Assembly: GCA_029933705.1 (NCBI GenBank)
Contig: JAOZNQ010000003.1
Coordinates: 1 to 33,743 of the forward strand
Reading direction: 5' to 3'
Origin: a bacterium
GTDB taxonomy: Bacteria > Hydrothermota > Tepidihabitantia > SM23-42
Length of the DNA: 33,743 nucleotides
Shown: piece after piece, positions 14,524 to 22,990 of the stretch
Numbering within the stretch: the first letter of the stretch is position 1
Layout of the letters: every line of letters begins with the position of its first letter
The notes under the pieces: generated by a model
What the model was told of the DNA's origin: nothing
Databases searched by the model: none
What the model saw: only the letters and a program-made list of their open reading frames with translations
Position numbers and translations under genes: made by a program

Positions 14524-15677
14524 GTTTCTCTGCTGAGAAGCGGTTTGATATTATTGTTGTGGGTGCAGGTCCAGCAGGTAGCTCTGCAGCACTTGCCGCT
14601 GCCCAGGAAGGTGTGTCGGTTCTCTTATTAGAAGAGGACTCTGAAGTTGGTGAGCCCTTAGCCTGTGCCGAGGGGTTATCACAGAGTACGATTAAGGGCT
14701 ACTTGGAGATTAAACCGGAATGGGTCTCAAGAGAGTTATCCGGCGCGGTCATCCGCGGACCACACCGAGAGGAATTTCGTATCGACTATCCAGATGTGGG
14801 CTGGGTCCTTGACCGCATCAGATTTGACCAGGCACTTGCACAGATGGCTCAGGAACAGGGTGCAGTCCTTAAAACCGGAGCCAAGGCGATTGGTATAAAC
14901 GATGGTCGATTGAAGGTTATGCAAGGAGAGAAATTAGAGACATATCGGTTCAAATTCATAATTGGTGCAGATGGAATCAGTTCGAATGTGGGGAGATGGT
15001 TCGGGATTGATACCCGTTTGAGACCTTCTGAGCTTGAGGTGTGTGCAGAATATCTTCTTGAGGATATAGAATTTGATAATCGCTCTGCCTATTTAATCTT
15101 CGGCGAACAATATGCACCAGGGGGCTATGCCTGGATTTTCCCCAAATCAGAAAGGTCCGCAAATGTAGGTCTTGGTATTACGCCAACCAGAACAAAACTA
15201 CGGGCAAAGCAACTTCTTGATAACTGGATTCAGCGTGAATTTCCCGGGGTAAGTGTCAAGAAGAGGATATTCGGTGGTGTCCCTGCAAAGGTATTGAAGA
15301 GGTTTTCAGGAAAAAACTTCTTCCTGGTTGGGGACGCGGCTCGATTCACCGACCCATTGAGTGGTGCAGGGATCGCCAATGCGGTGAAGTCCGGAATCAT
15401 CGGAGGCAAGAATGCGGTTCTCCGTCTGAAAGGTAAGAAGGACCATTTTGTTTCTGCGATAAATCATATAATTCTGAAAGAGGTGAAATTTCATCATCGG
15501 GTGAGGAATGTATACATTAAACTTGACGATGATAAATTAATGGAGATATTTAATATCGGCAAAAGGGTTTATGCAGGTAGGAGGGTGGATGACATCAATA
15601 CAAGAACCCTGGTACGGGAGATTCTATTGTCTTCTCCGGTGTTGTTGAAACTTGGCTTCACCCTTCTCTTTACTTGA
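14520..15677 (+). CDS. Geranylgeranyl reductase-family FAD-dependent oxidoreductase
   Basis: Dinucleotide fold DIIVVGAGPAGSSAALAAA and the family motif LVGDAARFTDPLSGAGIANA. The GTG start overlaps the rarA stop (GTGA). Confidence 0.78.
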   Translation: MSFSAEKRFDIIVVGAGPAGSSAALAAAQEGVSVLLLEEDSEVGEPLACAEGLSQSTIKGYLEIKPEWVSRELSGAVIRGPHREEFRIDYPDVGWVLDRIRFDQALAQMAQEQGAVLKTGAKAIGINDGRLKVMQGEKLETYRFKFIIGADGISSNVGRWFGIDTRLRPSELEVCAEYLLEDIEFDNRSAYLIFGEQYAPGGYAWIFPKSERSANVGLGITPTRTKLRAKQLLDNWIQREFPGVSVKKRIFGGVPAKVLKRFSGKNFFLVGDAARFTDPLSGAGIANAVKSGIIGGKNAVLRLKGKKDHFVSAINHIILKEVKFHHRVRNVYIKLDDDKLMEIFNIGKRVYAGRRVDDINTRTLVREILLSSPVLLKLGFTLLFT

Positions 15678-15701
15678 TTTTTTTCAATTTTTATGGATAA
15701 T
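15674..15701 (+). promoter_or_regulatory. Probable sigma70-type promoter of the FG-GAP gene (with a leader carrying an SD)
   Basis: TTGATT (15674-15679), 16-nt spacer, GATAAT (15696-15701). The SD GAGGAGG at 15707-13 lies 7 nt before the ATG at 15721. Confidence 0.45.
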
Positions 15702-15720
15702 GGATTGAGGAGGATTGGCT

Positions 15721-17328
15721 ATGATAAGTTTTATTTTATTCTTATCACTTACAATTCCCTATCCGGACCAGCCTGATTGGGAGTCGATCGACAATGACTA
15801 CTCAACCGGTGGTGCCCTTGTTGACATTGACCTTGATGGTGATATCGATTTTATCACCGGTAATGGCAATGATATGGCCCAGAACCCGAACCGTGTCTAC
15901 TACAACCTTGGTGATTCCTTAGAGAGGGTAGCCTCCTGGAGCTCATCCGATATTGGATACAATGCCCATATCAGTCTGGGCGATATAAATTACGACGGTT
16001 TTCCTGATTTAATTGTAGCAAACTATGGGGACCCAACAACACCCCAGTATGATAAGTTCTATTATAATCAATCCGGTGTTTTTGAACCGTCTGCTTCGTG
16101 GCATCCAGTTGATTTAGACAATTCATTCGGTTGTGCATTCGGTGACTATGATGGCGATGGTGATCTCGACCTGGCAGTTGCCAGTGGTGAAGACTATTCT
16201 GACAGCCTCCAGACCGCAAAGGTATATCTTAACAACGGTGGTATACTCGATTCAATTCCAGTATGGCAATCGAATATACAATCCTATTTTTATGATGCGG
16301 TATGGGTGGATATTGATTCTGACGGAGACCTTGACCTTGCCCTTGCAGGTATGCATCAGAAGAATCTGCTCTATCGTAATACCGGTACGGGCTTAGAAGA
16401 TACACCATACTGGCAATCATCTCATTCCTTAGGTACCATAAAACTTGCATTCGGAGACATCGATGGCGACGGAGACCTTGATATGGTCTGTGCCAATAAC
16501 GCACAGACCGGTGGAACCAGCAATTGTGAGCTTTACTTGAACAACGGCACCACCCTGGATACATTGCCTGTATGGACGAGTGAACAGCTCACCTACTATT
16601 CCTGTGTCGCCCTCGGTGATGTGGATAAGGATGGAGACCTTGATATTGCGAGTGGCGGTTGGTGGGAGTCGGTGAAGGTGTTTGAAAATATTGACGGTTC
16701 ATTCACTCAATATCCAGCCTGGGAATGGTCTCCAGCCAACCCTAATAACCTTGTCTGTGAGAATATCATCTTTGGTGATGTGGATAATACCCAACCTGCC
16801 TTGGTCTACGATGAAGCCCATCCTGTAGACCCCTCGAAAAGGGTCTTCTATCTTAATAACAGGTGGATTAAGAGAATTATTCGGGTGAGGACAGCAAGCG
16901 GTGAGTTGGGTCGGGATGAGTTCTGTTTCTCTTATTGTGATGGATGGCTGTCGGTTGCTGATATTATCAACCAGGCAGAGACCGTCTGGGTCGATTATGA
17001 ATACTCCCGTGACCTGGATTTGATGGTAACAAACTGGAAATCGTCGGCTGGAAATTTTCTTTTTCTGAATCGTTCAGGCCCGGGTGTGGCAGAATTTCTT
17101 AAATCTGAGGGACCATCAAAATTGTTAATCCCTTCACCCAATCGTGGCTATTTTTCGATTATTGGATTTGACCGCAATACTACAATAAAAATTTATGACC
17201 TGGCAGGACGATTGGTGAAGGTTCAGAACACACCTGAAATAAGTCTACAAGAGAGTGGCGTCTATTTCCTGCAGATTTACCGCAATAAAGAGATTATTGC
17301 GCAGGGTAAGTTTATTGTAATGCACTAA
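15721..17328 (+). CDS. FG-GAP/VCBS-repeat (integrin-alpha-like beta-propeller) secreted protein with a T9SS C-terminal sorting domain
   Basis: Repeated Ca-binding-like loops: DIDLDGDIDF, GDINYDGFPDL, GDYDGDGDLDL, VDIDSDGDLDL, GDIDGDGDLDM, GDVDKDGDLDI. C-terminus is IKIYDLAGRLV...GVYFLQI...GKFIVMH. The ATG at 15721 is preferred over the ORF-track TTG at 15715 because of SD spacing. Confidence 0.8.
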   Translation: MISFILFLSLTIPYPDQPDWESIDNDYSTGGALVDIDLDGDIDFITGNGNDMAQNPNRVYYNLGDSLERVASWSSSDIGYNAHISLGDINYDGFPDLIVANYGDPTTPQYDKFYYNQSGVFEPSASWHPVDLDNSFGCAFGDYDGDGDLDLAVASGEDYSDSLQTAKVYLNNGGILDSIPVWQSNIQSYFYDAVWVDIDSDGDLDLALAGMHQKNLLYRNTGTGLEDTPYWQSSHSLGTIKLAFGDIDGDGDLDMVCANNAQTGGTSNCELYLNNGTTLDTLPVWTSEQLTYYSCVALGDVDKDGDLDIASGGWWESVKVFENIDGSFTQYPAWEWSPANPNNLVCENIIFGDVDNTQPALVYDEAHPVDPSKRVFYLNNRWIKRIIRVRTASGELGRDEFCFSYCDGWLSVADIINQAETVWVDYEYSRDLDLMVTNWKSSAGNFLFLNRSGPGVAEFLKSEGPSKLLIPSPNRGYFSIIGFDRNTTIKIYDLAGRLVKVQNTPEISLQESGVYFLQIYRNKEIIAQGKFIVMH

Positions 17329-17362
17329 AAAATTTGGGCCAGGCATTAATGCCTGGCCCAAA
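17327..17362 (-). terminator. Intrinsic terminator for the 17381-19180 gene; the hairpin also lies just 3' of the convergent FG-GAP gene
   Basis: Perfect palindrome TTTGGGCCAGGCA-TTAA-TGCCTGGCCCAAA (17333-17362). On the minus strand it is followed directly by T6 (complement of 17327-17332). There is no T-tract on the plus strand. Confidence 0.65.
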
Positions 17363-17380
17363 CCAATAAGTCTATTCTTA

Positions 17381-19180
17381 TTATTTCACAAGAATCAGTT
17401 TGAGCATAGTTGAGTTATTCACAAGACCGAAGTAGATACCCGGACTCAGCCGAACACCCTTGTCATTCTTACCATCCCAGTAAGCGGTGCCATTTTTCAC
17501 TTTCAGGTTTCTTACCAATCTTCCGGTGACATCGAAGATTGAAATTTCGCGAGTGTAGTATGGAGTTGTGATTGCAGTCATCTTGTTGAATGGGTTTGGA
17601 ATTGCGACAATATCGGAACTGTTCACCGGGTTCAAATTGAGCTCCTCGACCCCGGTTGCGAGTTCAACCACTGCGCGAATCAGGACATCCTGGGTTTCTT
17701 TATCCCGATATGGTGCCCAGGAACCGGTATATTCCCAGCTCTGCCGACCTGAAGGGAAGAGTGTGTCCATACCAAAGTAGGGGTCAGATGCCTGGTCTGA
17801 TATGCAACCGATATAGAACGCTCCGGATGAAATTATGATATCCTGGGAACTGACATCGATGTCATACCACTGGGCAGCGCTGACAGGCTGGACTACCTGA
17901 TAAAGAATGGTTCCAGGGTCACCATTTGGCCCATCATCGTCGATAATCTGAACCGTAACATTGGGGTTGGAGGTTGTTGAATTTACATTAAACCGGGCGG
18001 TTAACAGTTTGGCAGGATAGCGTGGAGGAACAAATTTTGCACCGTATCCAGAGTTTGGTCCGTTCCAGGCATAGCCGGTATGGGCATAACCGATGTCATA
18101 CTGGAGTTCTGCAGGATAGGTAACGACCCTGAATTCAACAAAGATGGAGTCATTTGACGGCACCATATCACCGCTCAATAATGATTTCACCTTGATACTA
18201 TATACACCATCGGTAGTTGTTGACCAGGTGGGCGAGAAGACCAGAGAGTCGGTCTCATTGGGGTTGATCGATGAAATATTAACGGTGTCAGAGAATACGA
18301 CCTGATTTGATGCATTTCTTACTTCGCAGAAGACATCAAACCCTGACTCAACCTGGTTTCCAGTATTCTTTATTAATGCCCAGAAATCGACCGGATCGCC
18401 ATTATACACAAAGAACCCTCCAGAGATGTCGTTCATTACCTTGGAGACCGACATATCGTGGACCTGATAACTGGTTGTGTCCGGTGGATAGAAGAGGACT
18501 GCCAGGCTGTCGTGGATTGCATTGTTTGATGGTTGCTGGTCGTGGTTGTATTGCAGTCCCACATTACCCGCAATGTTTTCAATCCCTACGGTCAGGGCAC
18601 CAGACCAGCCACCATAGGGAACTCCCTGCTGGGTGTAGTACTGGAAGGTGATAGAACTGTCGGGTCGGGAAAGAATGATCTCAAATGTATTGAGACTTGA
18701 GCTTACATTCCAGAACTGAACATTATAATAGGCAATGATACAGGTATCCTGCGCATTATTTGTCCAGTAATAGGCACTTGGAGAGCCGGCAGTGAAATCG
18801 AGATCGGACATCAGGGCAGCGAGTAAATTATTGGGTTTTGCAGGATTCGGGATGGTGGGGAATGGGGCTGCTTCCAGGGTATTATCACCGAATGCAATAT
18901 AGCCATTGGAACCGACAAAAAATGAATTTACCGTATACCAGTAATAGGGAAAGTCGAATCCAATCGGAAAGGGACCCACAACATTGTCATCGGCAAGTCC
19001 GGTTATCTGGGTGCCGATACCCGAGATATCAATCCAGTTATAGGTTGGACCGCCTGCCGTATCACTATCAATCCAGCGATACCCATAGGCATCCGGACCT
19101 CCGGTTCCAAGAACAGTTGTAGGCACATTTTGCAGGAATGGAGAACCTGTAATCTGAAGGATGATTAAAACTATTGCCAT
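17381..19180 (-). CDS. 599-aa secreted protein of unknown function with a T9SS C-terminal sorting domain
   Basis: AAGGAGG SD and a hydrophobic N-terminus. It has a conserved-looking N-terminal module, GGPDAYGYRWIDSD...YNWIDISG...FDFPYYWY...SNGYIAFGD. C-terminus is ISIFDVTGRLV...GIYFGLV...LKLILVK. Confidence 0.72.
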   Translation of the reverse strand: MAIVLIILQITGSPFLQNVPTTVLGTGGPDAYGYRWIDSDTAGGPTYNWIDISGIGTQITGLADDNVVGPFPIGFDFPYYWYTVNSFFVGSNGYIAFGDNTLEAAPFPTIPNPAKPNNLLAALMSDLDFTAGSPSAYYWTNNAQDTCIIAYYNVQFWNVSSSLNTFEIILSRPDSSITFQYYTQQGVPYGGWSGALTVGIENIAGNVGLQYNHDQQPSNNAIHDSLAVLFYPPDTTSYQVHDMSVSKVMNDISGGFFVYNGDPVDFWALIKNTGNQVESGFDVFCEVRNASNQVVFSDTVNISSINPNETDSLVFSPTWSTTTDGVYSIKVKSLLSGDMVPSNDSIFVEFRVVTYPAELQYDIGYAHTGYAWNGPNSGYGAKFVPPRYPAKLLTARFNVNSTTSNPNVTVQIIDDDGPNGDPGTILYQVVQPVSAAQWYDIDVSSQDIIISSGAFYIGCISDQASDPYFGMDTLFPSGRQSWEYTGSWAPYRDKETQDVLIRAVVELATGVEELNLNPVNSSDIVAIPNPFNKMTAITTPYYTREISIFDVTGRLVRNLKVKNGTAYWDGKNDKGVRLSPGIYFGLVNNSTMLKLILVK

Positions 19181-19198
19181 ACGCCTCCTTTCATCTTA

Positions 19199-19226
19199 AT
19201 TATACCCAATGATAACAGTTTGTCAA
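19199..19226 (-). promoter_or_regulatory. sigma70-type promoter of the 599-aa T9SS cargo gene (18-nt leader with SD)
   Basis: On the minus strand: TTGACA (19226-19221), 16-nt spacer, TATAAT (19204-19199), then TAAGATGAAAGGAGGCGT before the ATG at 19180. Confidence 0.6.
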
Positions 19227-19232
19227 TAAAAG

Positions 19233-19304
19233 AGGCGGCAGCCGGATTTGCACCGGCGAATAGCGGTTTTGCAGACCGCCGCCTTGCTACTTGGCTATGC
19301 CGCC
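19233..19304 (-). tRNA. tRNA-Cys (GCA) with a non-canonical T loop and D loop
   Basis: Minus-strand sequence is GGCGGCATAGCCAAGTAGCAAGGCGGCGGTCTGCAAAACCGCTATTCGCCGGTGCAAATCCGGCTGCCGCC(T). It has a 7-bp acceptor stem, anticodon loop CTGCAAA and T stem GCCGG/CCGGC. The T loop is TGCAAAT and the D loop lacks GG. No CCA is encoded. Confidence 0.72.
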
Positions 19305-19309
19305 TTAAG

Positions 19310-19381
19310 AGCGGGAGACGGGATTTGAACCCGCGACCCTCACCTTGGCAAGGTGATGCTCCACCACTGAGCTACTCCCGC
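19310..19381 (-). tRNA. tRNA-Gly (GCC)
   Basis: Minus-strand sequence is GCGGGAGTAGCTCAGTGGTGGAGCATCACCTTGCCAAGGTGAGGGTCGCGGGTTCAAATCCCGTCTCCCGC(T). It folds as a canonical cloverleaf with anticodon loop TTGCCAA and T loop TTCAAAT. No CCA is encoded. Confidence 0.9.
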
Positions 19382-19391
19382 AAATCAGATG

Positions 19392-19419
19392 ATTATACTT
19401 GAAATCGAGGAAAAGTCAA
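19392..19419 (-). promoter_or_regulatory. sigma70-type promoter of the tRNA-Gly/tRNA-Cys pair
   Basis: On the minus strand: TTGACT (19419-19414), 16-nt spacer, TATAAT (19397-19392). The mature tRNA-Gly 5' end is at 19381. Confidence 0.6.
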
Positions 19420-19515
19420 CATCAATTTTCTGATTTTTTTTATTCCCTGATGTCAGAGGCAATTTTCAACTCTTTTACCACTCGCACAGTTGGGAGGAGT
19501 CAGCAAACATTATGG

Positions 19516-19543
19516 TTGACTTTTTCGTATATTTTGATAAAAT
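19516..19543 (+). promoter_or_regulatory. sigma70-type promoter of the ribBA operon; implies a leaderless transcript
   Basis: TTGACT (19516-19521), 16-nt spacer, TAAAAT (19538-19543). The ATG at 19551 is 7 nt downstream. The promoter lies inside the longer ORF-track reading frame that starts at 19512. Confidence 0.55.
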
Positions 19544-19550
19544 AATATCT

Positions 19551-20786
19551 ATGCTATCCTCTATTGAAGAAGCCATAAAAGATATTAAAAAAGGTAAACT
19601 GGTAATTGTCGTTGATGATGAGAATCGTGAAAACGAAGGTGATTTTATCGGCGCGGCACAGAAGGTGTCAGCCAAAATGGTTAATTTTATGGCCAAATAT
19701 GGCCGAGGTCTGATTTGTGCCCCCCTGACACCAGAACGATTGGAGGCCTTGAATATTCCAATTATGGTGAATGAAAACACATCGCTCCACGGCACCCACT
19801 TTACCGTGAGTGTGGACTATAAAAAGGGGACAACAACCGGTATTTCAGCCTATGACCGAGCCAAGACGATAAAGGCGCTCATTGATCCCAAGACAAGACC
19901 AGAAGATCTCGCCCGGCCCGGTCATGTTTTTCCCTTAAGGGCGGTGAATGGTGGTGTGCTCAGACGTGCGGGCCATACCGAGGCGAGTGTTGATCTGGCG
20001 CGGTTAGCTGGGCTCTACCCTGCAGGTGTACTTTGTGAAATAATGGATTCAGATGGAAGAATGGCACGCTTGCCAAAACTGAAGAAACTTGCCCGCCAGT
20101 TCGGTCTCAAAATCATAAGCATTAAGGATTTGATCGCCTACAGGCGTAAAAAAGAAAGGCTGATTGAACGTATTCTCGAGACGGATCTACCCACAAAATA
20201 CGGCAAATTTAAATTAATCCTATATGAAGATCTTGTTACACAAGACCATCACATTGCCTTGGTTTTAGGAGATGTAAGGGGTAAAAAAAATGTTTTGGTC
20301 CGGGTCCATTCTCAGTGCCTTACTGGGGATGTTTTTCACTCCTTTAGATGTGATTGCGGTGATCAGTTGGATGCAGCACTCAGATTGATTGCGAAAAACA
20401 GAAGCGGAGTCTTTGTGTATATGAGGCAGGAAGGACGGGGAATCGGTTTGGTCAACAAACTGAAGGCCTACCGTCTCCAGGATAAAGGGCTGGATACGGT
20501 TGAGGCGAATCTTGCCTTAGGTTTCCCGCCTGATCTCAGGGACTATGGGATTGGTGCCCAGATTCTGGTCGATTTAGGCCTCAGTTCAGTCAAACTTCTC
20601 ACCAACAATCCTAAGAAGATTATTGGACTAAAGGGGTATGGCTTGAAGGTAACCGGACAGATACCCATATTCTCAGTTCACAAACATAATGTAGGTTATT
20701 TAAAAACAAAGCGAAACAAATTGGGCCACCTGATTCCTGAATCTGTTTTTGCTGAGGCGGAGAAGAAGGTTGGCCGAAAAAGATAG
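19551..20786 (+). CDS. ribBA: Bifunctional 3,4-dihydroxy-2-butanone-4-phosphate synthase / GTP cyclohydrolase II
   Basis: DHBP synthase motif [18 protein letters not shown] and GTP cyclohydrolase II motif [21 protein letters not shown]. The start is set at [16 protein letters not shown] on promoter evidence. Confidence 0.92.
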   Translation: MLSSIEEAIKDIKKGKLVIVVDDENRENEGDFIGAAQKVSAKMVNFMAKYGRGLICAPLTPERLEALNIPIMVNENTSLHGTHFTVSVDYKKGTTTGISAYDRAKTIKALIDPKTRPEDLARPGHVFPLRAVNGGVLRRAGHTEASVDLARLAGLYPAGVLCEIMDSDGRMARLPKLKKLARQFGLKIISIKDLIAYRRKKERLIERILETDLPTKYGKFKLILYEDLVTQDHHIALVLGDVRGKKNVLVRVHSQCLTGDVFHSFRCDCGDQLDAALRLIAKNRSGVFVYMRQEGRGIGLVNKLKAYRLQDKGLDTVEANLALGFPPDLRDYGIGAQILVDLGLSSVKLLTNNPKKIIGLKGYGLKVTGQIPIFSVHKHNVGYLKTKRNKLGHLIPESVFAEAEKKVGRKR

Positions 20787-20797
20787 CTGGAGGTGCT

Positions 20798-21259
20798 ATG
20801 AAAGAGATTAAGGGAAGATTAATCGGCAAGGGCAAAAAAGTTGCCATTATCATATCACGCTTCAACGAGTTTGTGTCGAGGAGGTTGCTCGAAGGTGCAA
20901 TCGATTGTCTTATACGCCATGGTGTTCTTGCAAACAACATCGTGGTTTACTGGACCCCAGGAAGTTTTGAAATTCCTGGAGTTGCAAGGAGGGTCAGGTC
21001 TGGTAAATTCGATTGTCTGCTCTGTCTTGGTGCAGTAATCCGTGGTGATACACCACATTTCGATTATATCGCAGCCGAGGTAACCAAAGGTATTGCCAGC
21101 CTTAATCTGGAAAAGGGCGCACCGGTGATTTATGGTATCATAACCGCGGATACAATCGAACAGGCTATCGAGCGTGCAGGCACAAAGGCCGGAAACAGAG
21201 GTTGGGATGCGGCAATGGCTGGCCTGGAACTTGCTGACCTCTATACGCAAATAAAATAG
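20798..21259 (+). CDS. ribH: 6,7-dimethyl-8-ribityllumazine synthase
   Basis: [20 protein letters not shown]...VPGSFEIP...[23 protein letters not shown]. Confidence 0.95.
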   Translation: MKEIKGRLIGKGKKVAIIISRFNEFVSRRLLEGAIDCLIRHGVLANNIVVYWTPGSFEIPGVARRVRSGKFDCLLCLGAVIRGDTPHFDYIAAEVTKGIASLNLEKGAPVIYGIITADTIEQAIERAGTKAGNRGWDAAMAGLELADLYTQIK

Positions 21260-21676
21260 ATGGGGAGAAGATTGGCACGAGAACTTGCATTACAGATTCT
21301 CTACCGTTATGAAGAAGGCGATCATAACCTCAAACAGATTATTGACCAGGTACTTGAATCAGGAAGATACCGGGATGAGGATCGCAACTTTTCTCAAATT
21401 CTTGTTACCAGAACAATAGATGCACTGCCACAAATTGATAAGCATATCAGTAAGGTTCTTGAACACTGGGACTTCAATCGTGTCTCTTTGATTGATAAGA
21501 TTATTCTGAGACTGGGAACCTGTGAAATTTTATATTTTGACGACATCCCGCCACGGGTTTCAATCAACGAAGCTATTGAACTCGGAAAAAAATTTGGGGG
21601 AAGTGATTCAGGGAGGTTTATCAACGGCGTTCTCGATGCCGTGAGAAAAAACTATGAAGGCGGCAATCATAAGTGA
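21260..21676 (+). CDS. nusB: Transcription antitermination factor NusB
   Basis: RRLARELALQILY...NEAIELGKKFG...FINGVLD. It starts immediately after the ribH stop. Confidence 0.9.
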   Translation: MGRRLARELALQILYRYEEGDHNLKQIIDQVLESGRYRDEDRNFSQILVTRTIDALPQIDKHISKVLEHWDFNRVSLIDKIILRLGTCEILYFDDIPPRVSINEAIELGKKFGGSDSGRFINGVLDAVRKNYEGGNHK

Positions 21677-22382
21677 CATCCACTCAAATTTAGAGGCCCT
21701 CCAAGTGGTAATAAAAGATATCAAAAAGAGAAGAATCAAAAGGATATTCTGCTTGGGAGACCTGGTGGGATATGGTGCCAATCCCAATGAATGCGTTGAA
21801 ATGTGTATGAAGGAAGCCGATGTCATTATTGCAGGAAATCATGATTGGGCGACCATTGATAAGACGAGTATTGATAAATTCAATCCTATCGCCGCTGAAG
21901 CAATACGCTGGACCCGAAAAAATATTACCCGACAGAATTATAAAAGGCTGGAGGGCCTTAAACTGACCCATACCATAAAAGAACTCTTTCTGGTTCATGC
22001 AACACCACAGAAACCTGAAAACTGGAACTACCTCTTCAGTCTCAAGGACTTTCAGGGTCAATTTTCTAATTTCAGGGGTCAGGTCTGCTTTATTGGCCAT
22101 TCCCATATCCCGGCGGTTGTTTTCCAGGATGCCAATGGCTATACCGATTTTTTGCGCGATAACCCGTTCCCACTGATAAAAAATCGACGTTTTATCGTGA
22201 ATGTTGGAAGTGTGGGTCAGCCCAGGGATCTTGATCCCAGGGCCAGTTATGCAATCTATGATGGAAATAGAAGATATATTGAGATTGTACGTTTAAATTA
22301 TAATGTCCTTCTTACCCAGCAGAAGATTCTTGACAGTGGTCTTCCGGAGTTTCTTGCGGATCGACTGATGATAGGCAAATAG
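21654..22382 (+). CDS. Metallophosphoesterase (calcineurin-like, YfcE/MJ0936-like)
   Basis: Motifs AIISDIHSN, GDLVGYG, GNHD and GHSH. It overlaps the nusB end by 23 nt. Confidence 0.8.
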   Translation: MKAAIISDIHSNLEALQVVIKDIKKRRIKRIFCLGDLVGYGANPNECVEMCMKEADVIIAGNHDWATIDKTSIDKFNPIAAEAIRWTRKNITRQNYKRLEGLKLTHTIKELFLVHATPQKPENWNYLFSLKDFQGQFSNFRGQVCFIGHSHIPAVVFQDANGYTDFLRDNPFPLIKNRRFIVNVGSVGQPRDLDPRASYAIYDGNRRYIEIVRLNYNVLLTQQKILDSGLPEFLADRLMIGK

Positions 22383-22468
22383 ATATGTTTGTATTTTCGA
22401 GTTATAAACCTAAATCAATGATGAATTGTCTAAAATTTGAAGGAATTTAGGGGATAAAGGAGACAATT

Positions 22469-22990
22469 ATGAGAAAGATCGGACCGGTTACAAAATTGAA
22501 ACAGGAATTGAAAGAGAAGGATGAGCAGTTGCATGAGCTCAAGGATCAGTACCTTAGGGCCTTGGCTGAGCTTGACAACTATCGTAAACGTATGGAGGCG
22601 CAATTCGAAGATTTCAAAAAATATGCCCGGGTTGACTTCTTTGAGAAGTTAATTCCGGTTCTGGACAATTTTGACCGGGCAATAACCGGTGCTGCGGTCA
22701 AGAAGGATTTCGACAATTTCTACAGGGGGATTGAAATTATTCATCGTCAGCTTAAAGATACATTGAAAGGACTCGGATTGGAGGAATTCTCCTGTATCGG
22801 TGAGACATTCGACCCGACACGACATGAGGCGGTTGCGACAGTGTCTACAGACGATAAGCCAGAGAATACGATTGTGGAAGAGGTCTGCAAGGGCTACAGG
22901 GTCTATGATCGGGTCATAAAACCAGCCAAGGTTTTTGTCTCCAAACCCAAAGAAGGAGGTGAAGAAGATGTCAAAGATAATAGGGATTGA
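22469..22990 (+). CDS. grpE: Nucleotide exchange factor GrpE
   Basis: [13 protein letters not shown]...[18 protein letters not shown]. Confidence 0.92.
   Translation: MRKIGPVTKLKQELKEKDEQLHELKDQYLRALAELDNYRKRMEAQFEDFKKYARVDFFEKLIPVLDNFDRAITGAAVKKDFDNFYRGIEIIHRQLKDTLKGLGLEEFSCIGETFDPTRHEAVATVSTDDKPENTIVEEVCKGYRVYDRVIKPAKVFVSKPKEGGEEDVKDNRD

Noticed and set aside
19220-19402. A 60-aa plus-strand ORF in the ORF track.
   Set aside because: It is the antisense reading of the tRNA-Cys and tRNA-Gly genes and has no start context, so it is spurious.
22935-22967. N-terminal extensions in the ORF track: dnaK from 22935, ribBA from 19512, apgM from 30755, the FG-GAP gene from 15715, cdsA from 12479, and the TolB-like gene from 29482.
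   Set aside because: In each case a downstream start has the proper SD spacing or sits directly behind a consensus promoter. The extension adds non-conserved residues or overlaps promoter elements.
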